Shown here: piece after piece, positions 38,593 to 48,025 of the stretch
Position numbering within the stretch: the first letter of the stretch is position 1
Layout: every line of letters begins with the position of its first letter
Made by a program: the position numbers and the translations under genes
Notes under the pieces: model-generated
Database searches by the model: none
What the model was told of the DNA's origin: nothing
The model's input: only the letters and a program-made list of their open reading frames with translations
From: Clostridiales bacterium UBA1752
Lineage (GTDB): Bacteria; Bacillota; Clostridia; Oscillospirales; CAG-382
Direction: 5' to 3'
Length of the DNA: 64,000 nt
Assembly (NCBI GenBank): GCA_002314835.1
Contig: DCHM01000008.1
Coordinates: 1,843-65,842, forward strand

Positions 38593-39123
38593 TCAAATTT
38601 GTGTACCCAAAAACGTCGCACCTATCGTTAAAACCTTTTTGCAGAGTTCGCCTATCAGGTCGTTTTGTGACCTTTTGACTGCGGCGATACATCCGAGCAG
38701 ACTGCCATCCGAAATTATCGGCAAGGCGTACAAGACCTCGCACGCTCCGTCCTGCAAAAGCTTGATGCAGGCGTCACCAGTTTTTGCCTCAAAAGCTGAG
38801 CGCCTGTCGTATAGCTCGCAAATCTCGTGCGATACCGGCTTTTGGAGCACTTCTTTTTTTGGAATACCTGCGGCGGCTATCACGCAATCGAGGTCGCAGA
38901 CCGCTATCGCCATACCCGTCGCGCGGTTTGCCGCTTCCGCAAAAGCCGAGGCCAAGTGCGCTATCTCTTCCACAGGCGAATATTTTTTAAACATCACGCC
39001 GTCGCTGTCGGTAAAGATTTCGAGCGGAGCGCCCTCTCTGATGTGCATGGTGCGACGGATTTCTTTTGGTATCACTACGCGTCCCAGCTCGTCGATGCGG
39101 CGCACAATACCCGTTGGTTTCAT
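38593..39123 (-). CDS. spoVT: Stage V sporulation protein T (AbrB-type SpoVT regulator)
   Basis: MKPTGIVRRIDELGRVVIPKEIRRTMHIREGAPLEIF is near-identical to the B. subtilis SpoVT N-terminus. A GAF-like C-terminal half follows. 176 aa. Confidence 0.92.
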   Translation of the reverse strand: MKPTGIVRRIDELGRVVIPKEIRRTMHIREGAPLEIFTDSDGVMFKKYSPVEEIAHLASAFAEAANRATGMAIAVCDLDCVIAAAGIPKKEVLQKPVSHEICELYDRRSAFEAKTGDACIKLLQDGACEVLYALPIISDGSLLGCIAAVKRSQNDLIGELCKKVLTIGATFLGTQI

Positions 39124-39193
39124 TTTGTTACCTCGTTAAACTTTATAAGTATATTTATTATTGGTCTATATGCGCCTTAATATACAATAGCCG

Positions 39194-39221
39194 TTGATTT
39201 TTTGCGTGCGTATGCTATAAT
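39194..39221 (+). promoter_or_regulatory. Sigma-A promoter with extended -10
   Basis: TTGATT (39194-39199), a 16-nt spacer ending in TGc, and TATAAT (39216-39221). Confidence 0.5.
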
Positions 39222-39254
39222 CGAGTTTAGGATATGCTTTTGGAGGTAAACAAA

Positions 39255-40019
39255 ATGAGAATAGCCGTTGTAACGGGTGCTTCGTCTGGCATGGGGCGCG
39301 AATACGTTTTTGCCATAGACAGAGAGTTTGATTTTGACGAAATATGGGTTATTGCAAGGCGCAAAGACCGCCTCTGTGAATTACAGCCGCAGTGCAAAAC
39401 CAAGCTCCGCCCGATAGCCATAGATTTGTCAAAGCAAGAGTCCTTTGATGAATACAAAGAACTCTTGGAGTCGCAAAAGCCGCAAATCGGTCTGCTCATC
39501 AACAACGCAGGCTACGGGCTATTCGGTGCCTGTGCGGATATGGACGTTGCAAATCAGCTCGGCATCATCGAGCTGAATGACAAGGCGCTCACTGCCGTCT
39601 GCCTTATCAGCCTGCCTTATATGCAGAGCGGCGACAGCATCATCAATATGGGTTCAAACTCCTCGTGGCAACCCGTCCCATACCTCGCGGTTTACGCTGC
39701 GAGCAAGGCGTACGTGCTCAGCTTTTCGCGTGCGCTCGGCAGAGAATTGCGCCAAAAAGGCATCCACGTCATGTGCGTATGCCCCGGCTGGATAAAAACC
39801 GACTTTTTTGACCGTGCGGTCCACGACGATACGATAAAATACTATGACCGTTGGTATCAGCCGCAGGACGTCGTAAGGCTCGCGCTAAAGGACCTAAAGC
39901 GCAAAAAGGCGGTCTCAATACTCGGTTTGCCGGTAAAACTGCAGGTTAGATTGCTCGTCAAACACCTGCCGACAAGCTTTATCATGAACGCTTGGTGCCG
40001 ACAGCAGGGCAAAAAATAG
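39255..40019 (+). CDS. SDR-family short-chain dehydrogenase/reductase
   Basis: Start at ATG 39255 (ggagg RBS). Motifs are VVTGASSGMG, NNAG and YAASKAY (YxxxK). Confidence 0.9.
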   Translation: MRIAVVTGASSGMGREYVFAIDREFDFDEIWVIARRKDRLCELQPQCKTKLRPIAIDLSKQESFDEYKELLESQKPQIGLLINNAGYGLFGACADMDVANQLGIIELNDKALTAVCLISLPYMQSGDSIINMGSNSSWQPVPYLAVYAASKAYVLSFSRALGRELRQKGIHVMCVCPGWIKTDFFDRAVHDDTIKYYDRWYQPQDVVRLALKDLKRKKAVSILGLPVKLQVRLLVKHLPTSFIMNAWCRQQGKK

Positions 40020-40028
40020 CAAAGCAAA

Positions 40029-40050
40029 AGCACCCGTGAGGGTGCTTTTT
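40029..40050. terminator. Bidirectional terminator between convergent genes
   Basis: AGCACCC-gtga-GGGTGCT followed by TTTT. Confidence 0.75.
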
Positions 40051-40054
40051 CATA

Positions 40055-40774
40055 TTAAATAATCTTGTTTACGACCTTGCGAATGACCGCGATTTTTGCC
40101 TCGTCTGCAAAATCGGGCATATAGGTCGTCTTTTGGGCGTCATTGCCTGTAAAAAATCTGTAAAACGCCAGTGCCGCGGTATATCTGCCGTAGAGCATCG
40201 ACAGGTGAAAACCATCTCTCGTCAGCGCCAGTCCGCCCTCGTCAAAATTAAACTCTTTTGTGCGTCTGAGCTCTCTGATGACCTCTCCGACCTTTATCAT
40301 CGGTAAGCCGTGAGGCCTTAGCGCCTCGGCGGTGGCGGCAATAATGGCGTCCTCCATAGTTTTGCGGTCGTTGTTATAGTCTGCAAAGCACTCTCTGGTG
40401 CAGTTTGACTCAAAAGCCCAGGTCTCGTGAAAGACTATTTCGGCACTCGGTCTTTTGCTCTTTACAAACTCTATCAGCTTAGTAAGATAAGGCTCGTACG
40501 ACTCGATTTTGCCCGACAACGGGCTCGACTGCTGCAACGTTACGTAGTCCCAGTCGTCAGCCTCCAGAGCTTCGGCGAGTGTCACGGCTTTTACAGGGAC
40601 CGCGTCGCGCTCGTATGAATAGCTTGCCTCTTTATTTTCGATATTATTGCAGTGCATTTCGAGGTTGCAGCCGCCGATAAAGAGGTTGCGAACTTTCATT
40701 TCGCCCTCCGCAATATACTCAAGATAGCGGGTCGCGTCAGAGGAAAAGCTGTTGCCGATACAGAGGATTTTCAT
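40055..40774 (-). CDS. SGNH/GDSL-like hydrolase family protein (DUF4886-like)
   Basis: 239 aa. The N-terminal block I-like motif is MKILCIGNSFSSDA. Confidence 0.7.
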   Translation of the reverse strand: MKILCIGNSFSSDATRYLEYIAEGEMKVRNLFIGGCNLEMHCNNIENKEASYSYERDAVPVKAVTLAEALEADDWDYVTLQQSSPLSGKIESYEPYLTKLIEFVKSKRPSAEIVFHETWAFESNCTRECFADYNNDRKTMEDAIIAATAEALRPHGLPMIKVGEVIRELRRTKEFNFDEGGLALTRDGFHLSMLYGRYTAALAFYRFFTGNDAQKTTYMPDFADEAKIAVIRKVVNKII

Positions 40775-40792
40775 TTTTATAATCTCCTATAT

Positions 40793-41440
40793 TTATTTTA
40801 TAAAAGGCAATCTTGAAACGGCGGCGGCACCGATGGCGGTGATTATTATTTCCGGCAGCATATAGCACCCGTTATAAACCGCAGAATAAACTATAGCCAG
40901 TCCCGCACCGCTGAAAGTGTCCATTATCCACGCGCTGACGGGCAGGCTTGCAAACACTGTGTCGGTAAAAAACCACTCTGCCCACGCACCGTAAAATACT
41001 GCACCCGACACGGTGTGCATTATATACGATGCAAAGAGCACTACGGCAGAGCCGAGCACGAGCGACGATGTCCTGCCGAGACGGTTTTTAAACATACCGC
41101 CAAAGCCGAGCACGATATAAGCGAGCAGATAGTCGCAGGTCAATATCAATATCGCGTTTAACAAGCCCATATAGCTATCAGACGTAGGCGTAAATAGCCC
41201 TGCCACGGTATTATACGATAACATAACTCTCAAAACGGCGTAAACCGCCGCGGCTTTGAGTCCGTTTTTGATGCCGTACATCCACGAAACGAGCACGACG
41301 GGCAGCATCGAGCAGATAGTGACAGTGCCGCCGAAGGGCAGGTTGAGGAATGGTATCAGGTCGCACACCACCTTGACGGCGATGCCGAGTGCTATCATAA
41401 CCGATGAAGTGACTAAGATTTTGGTTTTGCTTTGGTTCAT
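40793..41440 (-). CDS. thiT: ECF-transporter S component, thiamine(-precursor) specific (ThiT-like)
   Basis: Start at ATG 41440 (gggagg RBS). 215 aa with ~6 TM. It sits directly behind a TPP riboswitch. Confidence 0.75.
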   Translation of the reverse strand: MNQSKTKILVTSSVMIALGIAVKVVCDLIPFLNLPFGGTVTICSMLPVVLVSWMYGIKNGLKAAAVYAVLRVMLSYNTVAGLFTPTSDSYMGLLNAILILTCDYLLAYIVLGFGGMFKNRLGRTSSLVLGSAVVLFASYIMHTVSGAVFYGAWAEWFFTDTVFASLPVSAWIMDTFSGAGLAIVYSAVYNGCYMLPEIIITAIGAAAVSRLPFIK

Positions 41441-41483
41441 AAAAAATGCCTCCCAATAAATACAAACGGCAGGCACTTAATAA

Positions 41484-41562
41484 CAAATCCCTTCGGCAGT
41501 ACTGACTGCATCAGGTTCGGCGGGACTCTCTCAGCTCCAAAATAAGTATTGGGCACCCCGTT
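41484..41562 (-). promoter_or_regulatory. TPP (THI-box) riboswitch
   Basis: The minus strand reads ACGGGGTGCCC...GGAGCTGAGAGAGTCCCGCCGAACCTGATGCAGTCAGTACTGCCGAAGGGA. The conserved GGGGUGC, CUGAGA, GAACCUGAU and CGAAGGGA blocks are all present. Confidence 0.9.
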
Positions 41563-41581
41563 TGTATGATATTTGATTTTT

Positions 41582-42352
41582 TCAGTTGTATTCCGACGGG
41601 TCGTATTCGGGCAAGACAACGTCCTCACCCACGGAATTTATGACTACCTTGATGCGCACGTTGATGTCGAGGCGATAGTCCTCCTCGTTGACGGCTTTGC
41701 CCGGGATATACGGAGGCGTGTCGTACAGCGACATACCGTACTGTATCTGCCAAGCAGTAACCATCTCGGTGCCGAATTTATCCGAAACAGTGTATTCGCA
41801 CTTTAAATCGGTGTATTGCGTTTTGTCTTTTTGAGGTACGTTAAGCGCGGCGAGAGCATAAATATTATCCCCCACTATTTCAAACTCATACTCCTGCATA
41901 TTCTTGGCACCGAAGCTAAACAGTCTGCCGCCTGCATTTGACGCTTCGCTGATTTTATACGCGCTTTCGCTGTCGATTTGAGGCAGCATACGGTATATGG
42001 TCTGCGCGAGCACGTCGTCAAGCGTGCAGGTGACTGCGTATTTGTCGTCGCCCTCGGCGTTATACAGGCATCCATTCTCAAAAAACTCGGTCTCGTGCCA
42101 CGAATCGCCGAGATAAGTCTCAGAGCCGTCGCGGTACAAAACGCCGCTTTGCTTGTCAACGTCATAACTGCCGTTGAGATACAAAAGGCTCACGCTGCCG
42201 TCGGCAAAGCCAACCTGGATAAAAAAGTTGGCGCTGTATTTGGTCAAGCCGTTGGTAGCGTTGACGTACTGCTCTATGCTGTCGTAGTGCAAAGCGTTGC
42301 AGGACGACAGCAAGAGAGCAAAGCATAATAACAGAGGTAAAAAGCGTTTCAT
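41582..42352 (-). CDS. Lipoprotein of unknown function (last gene of the GldG/DUF4340 ABC operon)
   Basis: 256 aa. The lipobox is LLLSSCNAL. It starts 1 nt after the stop of the upstream CDS. Confidence 0.75.
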   Translation of the reverse strand: MKRFLPLLLCFALLLSSCNALHYDSIEQYVNATNGLTKYSANFFIQVGFADGSVSLLYLNGSYDVDKQSGVLYRDGSETYLGDSWHETEFFENGCLYNAEGDDKYAVTCTLDDVLAQTIYRMLPQIDSESAYKISEASNAGGRLFSFGAKNMQEYEFEIVGDNIYALAALNVPQKDKTQYTDLKCEYTVSDKFGTEMVTAWQIQYGMSLYDTPPYIPGKAVNEEDYRLDINVRIKVVINSVGEDVVLPEYDPSEYN

Positions 42353-42353
42353 A

Positions 42354-44735
42354 CTATCTGGGTACGTCCTGACCTGCGAGCAAGAGGCCTACGTTCTTTT
42401 TGACCGTATTAACCTTGTCGAGCAGTACATAGTATCTGCCCTGACCGTCGATGGTATAATACGCCTTGCTCGTCGTGACACGGTAAAATGCGATTTCGGG
42501 GTTTTTGCTCTGCGACTTTATCTTGATGCGCAGAACCTCGGCAGGAGCCTCTTCACCCTCCTCGTACTCGCCCTTGAGCGACATACCGATAATCGAAATG
42601 TAAAGGTATCTGAAGTTTTGGGTATCAACGGTCTTGCCGTCTATCCGGACGGTGGTTAGCTTGCCGTTTGAATCCTTGATGAGTTCAAAAACATAGTCCT
42701 TGCCGCCAAAGGTTATCGTCAACGTTTCGATATCGTCGATATACATAGACAGCAGATTGTGGTCGAGCATATCTACTATATCCCAGTTAAGCCAAGCGGC
42801 GGTATCGAGCGAAATCTCGGCGATAATATCGGTGCAAATCGTTATATCCTGCGAAAGGCTTGATTCGGTGGAATAAGCGTAGTAATAATCGCCGCCGTCC
42901 TTGGGATAAGCGATATAAACCGTGCTGACAAATCCGTCAAACTCAAACGAGGCTATCATATCGGGCTCGTCAAGGCCGTACTTTGCAAGCTTTGCCTTGC
43001 TAATCGTACCGATATCATATACGTTGTCGCAGATGCCCGTTTCCACTACCGCGTCGCCTACCAAGGAGCCGAGCGAAGTGAGCAGAGTCGTCTGAAAGTT
43101 TGTGCTGTCGGGATAAACAAAGTTTTTGCCCTCGGGTACGTAATCGAGCGGCTCGACTGCGCGCCACGAGCCTACGAGCGCGTCGGCAGGCTGGCTGTCT
43201 GCGCCGTCAACGTAAACTCTGAGCTCATCCATGACTGCATATTTACCTGCAGGCATGGTGAAATATACTCTGACGTACTGCACTGCGTCGTCGCTCTTAA
43301 ACTCGTAAGAGTATTTTTTGTACTCTTTGTTCGACTGGTCGTACGTCATATTTATATCGGTCTCGACAAAGGTTTTGCCTATGTCGGTCGAATACGCTAT
43401 GCGGCTTGCTTCGGGCAGATAAGCACCCGTGCTTTCGTCCCTTAGCATACCGAATTCAACCTTGTAATTGCCGTCAACTGCATAGTTGACGAGGCAAATA
43501 TCAATGTAAAACTCTTTTTTGTCACTCGATTTGACGCCTGCAAACAGACTGCCGTCGGTCCAGGTCGTATAAGTGCCGCTAAATGTCTTTTTGTCCTTTA
43601 AGAGGTCGGTGACTGCCGTAGCACTGCCGTCTATCTGATATGCCGCGGCATTGTCGGACAGCGAGCAAAGTTTAAACTGGCTGGCAACGAGCGTGATGTC
43701 GTTTTTGGGCCACGAAATAGTAACGTTGTCGATATTATATACGTCCTCGGTCTCGGTTATCGGATAAACGAGCAGAGCGGTGAGATAATACGACTCGGGC
43801 AATAAAAGTGACTCTTCGAGGTCGGTGGCAGGCAACATATAAACTATGTCCTTGCCGACGTATCTCGCGTAATAATACGAGCCTGTCGGGTCGGATTTGC
43901 CTATGATAACCTTATGCGCCTCGCCGCTCGTGGTTACGAGAGTAAAGCTGGCTGTGGCGTTTGCTTCGCTGTCGAGGCCGTATTCCTCAAAGCCGAGGTG
44001 GTTTTTAACCTTGCCCGAAGCGAGCACGTAAGTGGCGTTGACTACTAACTGAGAGAATTTTTCTTTATCATATCCGACGTATTCCGCGCCGACGAATATC
44101 AGCGAGGACGTGCTACCCGACGTCTTACGCAGTATTTTGTAAGAGCCGTACTGATTTGTGATAGTGAGCGTCTGGATGTCGCTGCGCGACTTTTGGGGGA
44201 ATACAAACGGCTTGCCCGTCGAAGCAATAACCGTGTCGCCGTCGGTATCGTAGCCGTCGAGAGCGGTAAGCTCTATCTCGATAGCCTCTTTGCCGTCGAG
44301 CTCGAGTATAGTGCCGACGATGATGCCTATCGCGTCGTGTGCGTAAGGTGTTTCGTCTGCGAGATACTTATAAAAATCTGCGTATTTTACTGATTTTGAG
44401 CCGCTGCCGCCGACAATGGTGACGTCATCCGTGCTTGCCGTGTCGTCGGTTACAACGGTAATTTTGTTATTGCTCCCCGCTATGCTGAGGGCAAACTGAT
44501 ATATGCGGTTTTTGGTTGTGCTGGTCGTGATGGCGTTTTGCCTGCCTGCAAACTTGACGGTATAGCTGCCGTCGATGGTTGCCAGCGCCTCCGTCACCTC
44601 GTCAGTCAGCGCATATTGATCGTCCTCGCTGACCTCTACGATGTCGCTCTGAGGCTTTATAAACATATAAGCGACAAACAGTATGATAGCTACCAAAAAG
44701 ACCGATGCGATAATGATGATTTGCTTTTTCATCAC
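42354..44735 (-). CDS. Very large DUF4340-like protein (N-terminal TM anchor)
   Basis: 793 aa. The TM is IIIIASVFLVAIILFVAYMFI. It is beta-rich and overlaps the GldG-like gene by 4 nt. Its position after GldG matches the usual DUF4340 context. Confidence 0.7.
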   Translation of the reverse strand: MMKKQIIIIASVFLVAIILFVAYMFIKPQSDIVEVSEDDQYALTDEVTEALATIDGSYTVKFAGRQNAITTSTTKNRIYQFALSIAGSNNKITVVTDDTASTDDVTIVGGSGSKSVKYADFYKYLADETPYAHDAIGIIVGTILELDGKEAIEIELTALDGYDTDGDTVIASTGKPFVFPQKSRSDIQTLTITNQYGSYKILRKTSGSTSSLIFVGAEYVGYDKEKFSQLVVNATYVLASGKVKNHLGFEEYGLDSEANATASFTLVTTSGEAHKVIIGKSDPTGSYYYARYVGKDIVYMLPATDLEESLLLPESYYLTALLVYPITETEDVYNIDNVTISWPKNDITLVASQFKLCSLSDNAAAYQIDGSATAVTDLLKDKKTFSGTYTTWTDGSLFAGVKSSDKKEFYIDICLVNYAVDGNYKVEFGMLRDESTGAYLPEASRIAYSTDIGKTFVETDINMTYDQSNKEYKKYSYEFKSDDAVQYVRVYFTMPAGKYAVMDELRVYVDGADSQPADALVGSWRAVEPLDYVPEGKNFVYPDSTNFQTTLLTSLGSLVGDAVVETGICDNVYDIGTISKAKLAKYGLDEPDMIASFEFDGFVSTVYIAYPKDGGDYYYAYSTESSLSQDITICTDIIAEISLDTAAWLNWDIVDMLDHNLLSMYIDDIETLTITFGGKDYVFELIKDSNGKLTTVRIDGKTVDTQNFRYLYISIIGMSLKGEYEEGEEAPAEVLRIKIKSQSKNPEIAFYRVTTSKAYYTIDGQGRYYVLLDKVNTVKKNVGLLLAGQDVPR

Positions 44736-46267
44736 ATGTGTCTCCTCTTGATAAATACCACGATGCCGGCTATGAGCAGGATAAGCGGTGCAACAGCCGA
44801 GATGAGTATCGTCAGGAAGGTTGCAGTGCCGGTTTCGATTTCTACGGGGTCGTTAATGAGTCGTCTCGAGCTGATGTCGGGTGTGACGCGCTCACTGTTG
44901 ATAAGTCTTGCCGCACACTTGATGATGCTGTCGTTGGCACAATTCATCTTGAGGTAGTCGTCCGAAGCAAAATCGGTGGAGCCTACGAGCAAAACGTATT
45001 GATAAACCTGAGTATTGTAATTGAGGTCGTCGTTTTTGTAATTCATATAGCGCGACATCAGCATAATAGGCATAGCGTGAGCCGCAGAGTCCTCGGTAAC
45101 GGTTGTCTTGGTGTCGCCGTCGGTGACTTGATAGCTATATTGCGAAACGGCGTTTGCAGAGGTGCTGATAACCGTCTCGATGTTGATGCCCGTGCGCACA
45201 CGGGTTTCGTCAATGTAGAGCTCAACCGCGTTGGCAAAATAGGTGTTGGCGTCCATCGCGTTTTGGAATACCTGATACGAATAGCTATCGGTAGCCCCGA
45301 TATACTCGCCGATTACGGTATAGCCTGCAGAGCCGACGACCGAGCGCACGCCGTCACAAATCTTGTGGAACGGCTTGTAGCCGATGCCCCAGTACTCGAG
45401 CAGATATTCCTGCAGATTGGGCAATTCGGGCGTCGAAGCGTCAACAAACACGATGAGGTTGTTATACTTTGCGACAAACTCCTCGATTTTTTCAACCTCC
45501 GTGGTGGTGTCGGGGTTTGCGGGGTCGTAGCCGATAAAGTCAAAGGTCGGCTTGTAAATGATAAGAGTGCGTGCCGCCTCGGGTATCTCTTCGGTAGCGA
45601 GGTCAACGTCGGTTACGGAGTAGCCTGCGTCGAGATAAATCTGCTTGAGCATCATATCGTCGGTGACTGCCTCACCGTGCTTGACGGTAAACGCTACGTT
45701 CTGAGGCTCCTCGATAGAGCACTGCAAAAATGCGGACGTAAACTTGAGCTCGCCGTTAAAGGCGTACAGCTCTTCGTCCTCGTTCACCTGATAAAAGGCG
45801 TCGGCAGACAAAATGCGATAGTGATATTTGCCCTCGATAATGACGTTGGAAGCCGTGATGGTCGTGCCGGTCTGCTCACGGTATTTTTCGACCGAGCCGG
45901 GGTCACGGGTGATGTCGAGATATTTAACCGAGATATAATCGGGATACATTTCGGCGTAATTTTCCGCAAGGTCGCGGATGTATCTGACGTATGCGTTTGA
46001 TTCAAAGAGGTCGCGTGCCGCGCAGAAATTGACAGTAATCTGATAGTCCTCGCCGCCTGCAAACAGGTCGTCGAGTATCGCCTTAGAGTCCTCGCCGATA
46101 GCGGTAAAGTCCTCTTCCGAGAGGTCAACCGCCAGTCCTGCGGCGAGACCGAGAGACGACAGCAGCATATTGAGTGCGAGCACGAGTGCGACAAATCCGC
46201 AGGTGAGCACTATGCTTATGGTGCCGTACTTAAAGCGGGAGGATTTTAAAAACTTGTTCCAGTTCAT
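44732..46267 (-). CDS. GldG-family ABC-transporter auxiliary protein
   Basis: 511 aa with TM helices at both ends (N-terminus GTISIVLTCGFVALVLALNMLL, C-terminus FLTILISAVAPLILLIAGIVVFI), the architecture typical of Gldg/ABC_transp_aux. Confidence 0.75.
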   Translation of the reverse strand: MNWNKFLKSSRFKYGTISIVLTCGFVALVLALNMLLSSLGLAAGLAVDLSEEDFTAIGEDSKAILDDLFAGGEDYQITVNFCAARDLFESNAYVRYIRDLAENYAEMYPDYISVKYLDITRDPGSVEKYREQTGTTITASNVIIEGKYHYRILSADAFYQVNEDEELYAFNGELKFTSAFLQCSIEEPQNVAFTVKHGEAVTDDMMLKQIYLDAGYSVTDVDLATEEIPEAARTLIIYKPTFDFIGYDPANPDTTTEVEKIEEFVAKYNNLIVFVDASTPELPNLQEYLLEYWGIGYKPFHKICDGVRSVVGSAGYTVIGEYIGATDSYSYQVFQNAMDANTYFANAVELYIDETRVRTGINIETVISTSANAVSQYSYQVTDGDTKTTVTEDSAAHAMPIMLMSRYMNYKNDDLNYNTQVYQYVLLVGSTDFASDDYLKMNCANDSIIKCAARLINSERVTPDISSRRLINDPVEIETGTATFLTILISAVAPLILLIAGIVVFIKRRHM

Positions 46268-46282
46268 ATTTTCATCCTCCTA

Positions 46283-46999
46283 TCACGACCAACGGCGTTT
46301 CTCGTACACCCTAACGGTGAGGAAGAGAAATACCGCGGCAAAACTGATAAAGTAAACTATGGCGGTCACGTCAAGCACCTCGTTTGCAAAAGGAGCGTAG
46401 CGTGACGAAAACGAAAACCACTTGAGCACTACTCTTATCCACTCAACGTCCACGAGGTCAGCGAGAAAATCGACGAGTATCGTGGAAATCGTTACACCGA
46501 TGGAGGTGACTGCGGCGATGAGCTGATTTTCGGTCAGAGCCGACAAAAACAAGCCGATGGCGAGGAATGCACATCCGAGCAAAAAGATGCCGAGGATGTT
46601 AGCCATAATGACCGAAAGGTTAGGCGAGCAGTAAATATATAAAAGTACAAAGTTAAACGAGTTTACGATAAACGTGACGGCGTATATCGTGACTGCGGCG
46701 AGATATTTGCCCATAACCATACCCGTCAGCGAAACGGGAGTGGTGAGCAAAATCTGCTCGGTGCGCGAGCGTCTGTCCTCGCTAAAGAGCTTCATAGTCA
46801 GCAACGGCAAAAGCACCGCAAATACCATGACGAGGTAAACAAAATATTCGCTTACCGTAGTCGTGCTGTCGCTCGAAGGGTTTAAGAGGTTGAGATAACT
46901 GAACAAAATGCCCGATACTGCGAGGAACATTCCGCAGAATATATAACCTATCGGGGTGATAAAGTAAGCCTTTAGCTCACGCTTGTATATAGCGCCCAT
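46283..46999 (-). CDS. ABC-2 type transporter permease
   Basis: 238 aa with 6 predicted TM helices. It lies directly downstream of the ATPase gene. Confidence 0.8.
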   Translation of the reverse strand: MGAIYKRELKAYFITPIGYIFCGMFLAVSGILFSYLNLLNPSSDSTTTVSEYFVYLVMVFAVLLPLLTMKLFSEDRRSRTEQILLTTPVSLTGMVMGKYLAAVTIYAVTFIVNSFNFVLLYIYCSPNLSVIMANILGIFLLGCAFLAIGLFLSALTENQLIAAVTSIGVTISTILVDFLADLVDVEWIRVVLKWFSFSSRYAPFANEVLDVTAIVYFISFAAVFLFLTVRVYEKRRWS

Positions 47000-47002
47000 A
47001 GA

Positions 47003-47986
47003 TTATCTCACTACCTTTCTCTTTGCCTTTTTTGTGCCCTTGTCGGCACCGTCGTCGCCTTTGTCGAGCAGTTTGAGGAATATATCCTCAAATCCGAGCT
47101 CCATGCCCTCGATAGAAACGATAGGCCAATTATTTTTTGAGCACATAAAGAATATCGTCTTGCGGACGTCAACTCTCGGCTCCGATTCTATCATAAAGCT
47201 TACGCTGTCGGTGTCTCTGTGGCCGAGCAGGCTGGCAGACTTGACGCCGGGCAAATCCTTTAGTGCCGCCAAAACCGCGTCTTCCGGTCCGACGATACGC
47301 ACCTCGAGCCTACGGCTGCCTTCGACCGCGTTAATAAGGTCCTCGGTTTTTTCGTTGGCGACGAGCTGACCCTTGTTGATGACTACGATGCGGTCGCACA
47401 CAGCCTGAACCTCGGGCAGGATGTGGGTAGAAAGTATAACGGTATGGTCCTTGCCGAGCATACGGATTAGATTGCGAATATCTACTATCTGTCTCGGGTC
47501 AAGACCTATGGTGGGTTCGTCGAATATCAGCACCTTGGGGCTGTTGATGAGCGCCTGAGCGATGCCCACGCGCTGCTTGTAGCCCTTGGACAGGTTGCGT
47601 ATGCGGCGGTTATAAACGTCGGTTATACGCACTACGTCACAGATTTCCTTGAGGTGCTTTTCCCTCGGGAGCTTGCACCCCTTAAGGTCGTAAACGAATC
47701 TCAGATACTCTGCGACTGTCATCTCGGGATAGAGCGGCGGTATCTCGGGCAAAAAGCCGATGTGCTTTTTGGCCTCGGTGGGATGCTCGAGTATGTCGAT
47801 GCCGTCTATCTTTGCGGTGCCTTCCGACGCCGAAAGATAGCCCGTGATGATGTTGAGCGTGGTGGATTTGCCTGCGCCGTTAGGTCCGAGGAAGCCCAAG
47901 ACTTCGCCCGTTTGAGCCGTGAACGACAGGTTTTTGACCGCCTGCTTTTTGCCAAAGTTTTTGCTGATATTGCAAACTTCTATCAT
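47003..47986 (-). CDS. ABC transporter ATP-binding protein
   Basis: Start at ATG 47986 (aaggag RBS). Walker A is GPNGAGKST, the signature is LSKGYKQR and Walker B is LIFDEP. Confidence 0.92.
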   Translation of the reverse strand: MIEVCNISKNFGKKQAVKNLSFTAQTGEVLGFLGPNGAGKSTTLNIITGYLSASEGTAKIDGIDILEHPTEAKKHIGFLPEIPPLYPEMTVAEYLRFVYDLKGCKLPREKHLKEICDVVRITDVYNRRIRNLSKGYKQRVGIAQALINSPKVLIFDEPTIGLDPRQIVDIRNLIRMLGKDHTVILSTHILPEVQAVCDRIVVINKGQLVANEKTEDLINAVEGSRRLEVRIVGPEDAVLAALKDLPGVKSASLLGHRDTDSVSFMIESEPRVDVRKTIFFMCSKNNWPIVSIEGMELGFEDIFLKLLDKGDDGADKGTKKAKRKVVR

Positions 47987-48025
47987 ATTAATAAACTCCT
48001 TTGCCGGGTTTAGCCCCGACAACGC

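Noticed and set aside
44738-46000. 420-aa plus-strand ORF antisense to the GldG-like gene. Similar antisense ORFs lie at 48116-49192, 34546-35319, 9824-10759, 10943-11803, 56737-57492 and 32374-33069.
   Set aside because: All lie fully inside well-supported genes on the other strand (aspS, metK, the surface protein, dac, recD2). All have Arg/Val/Gly-rich nonsense-like composition and lack RBS or start context.
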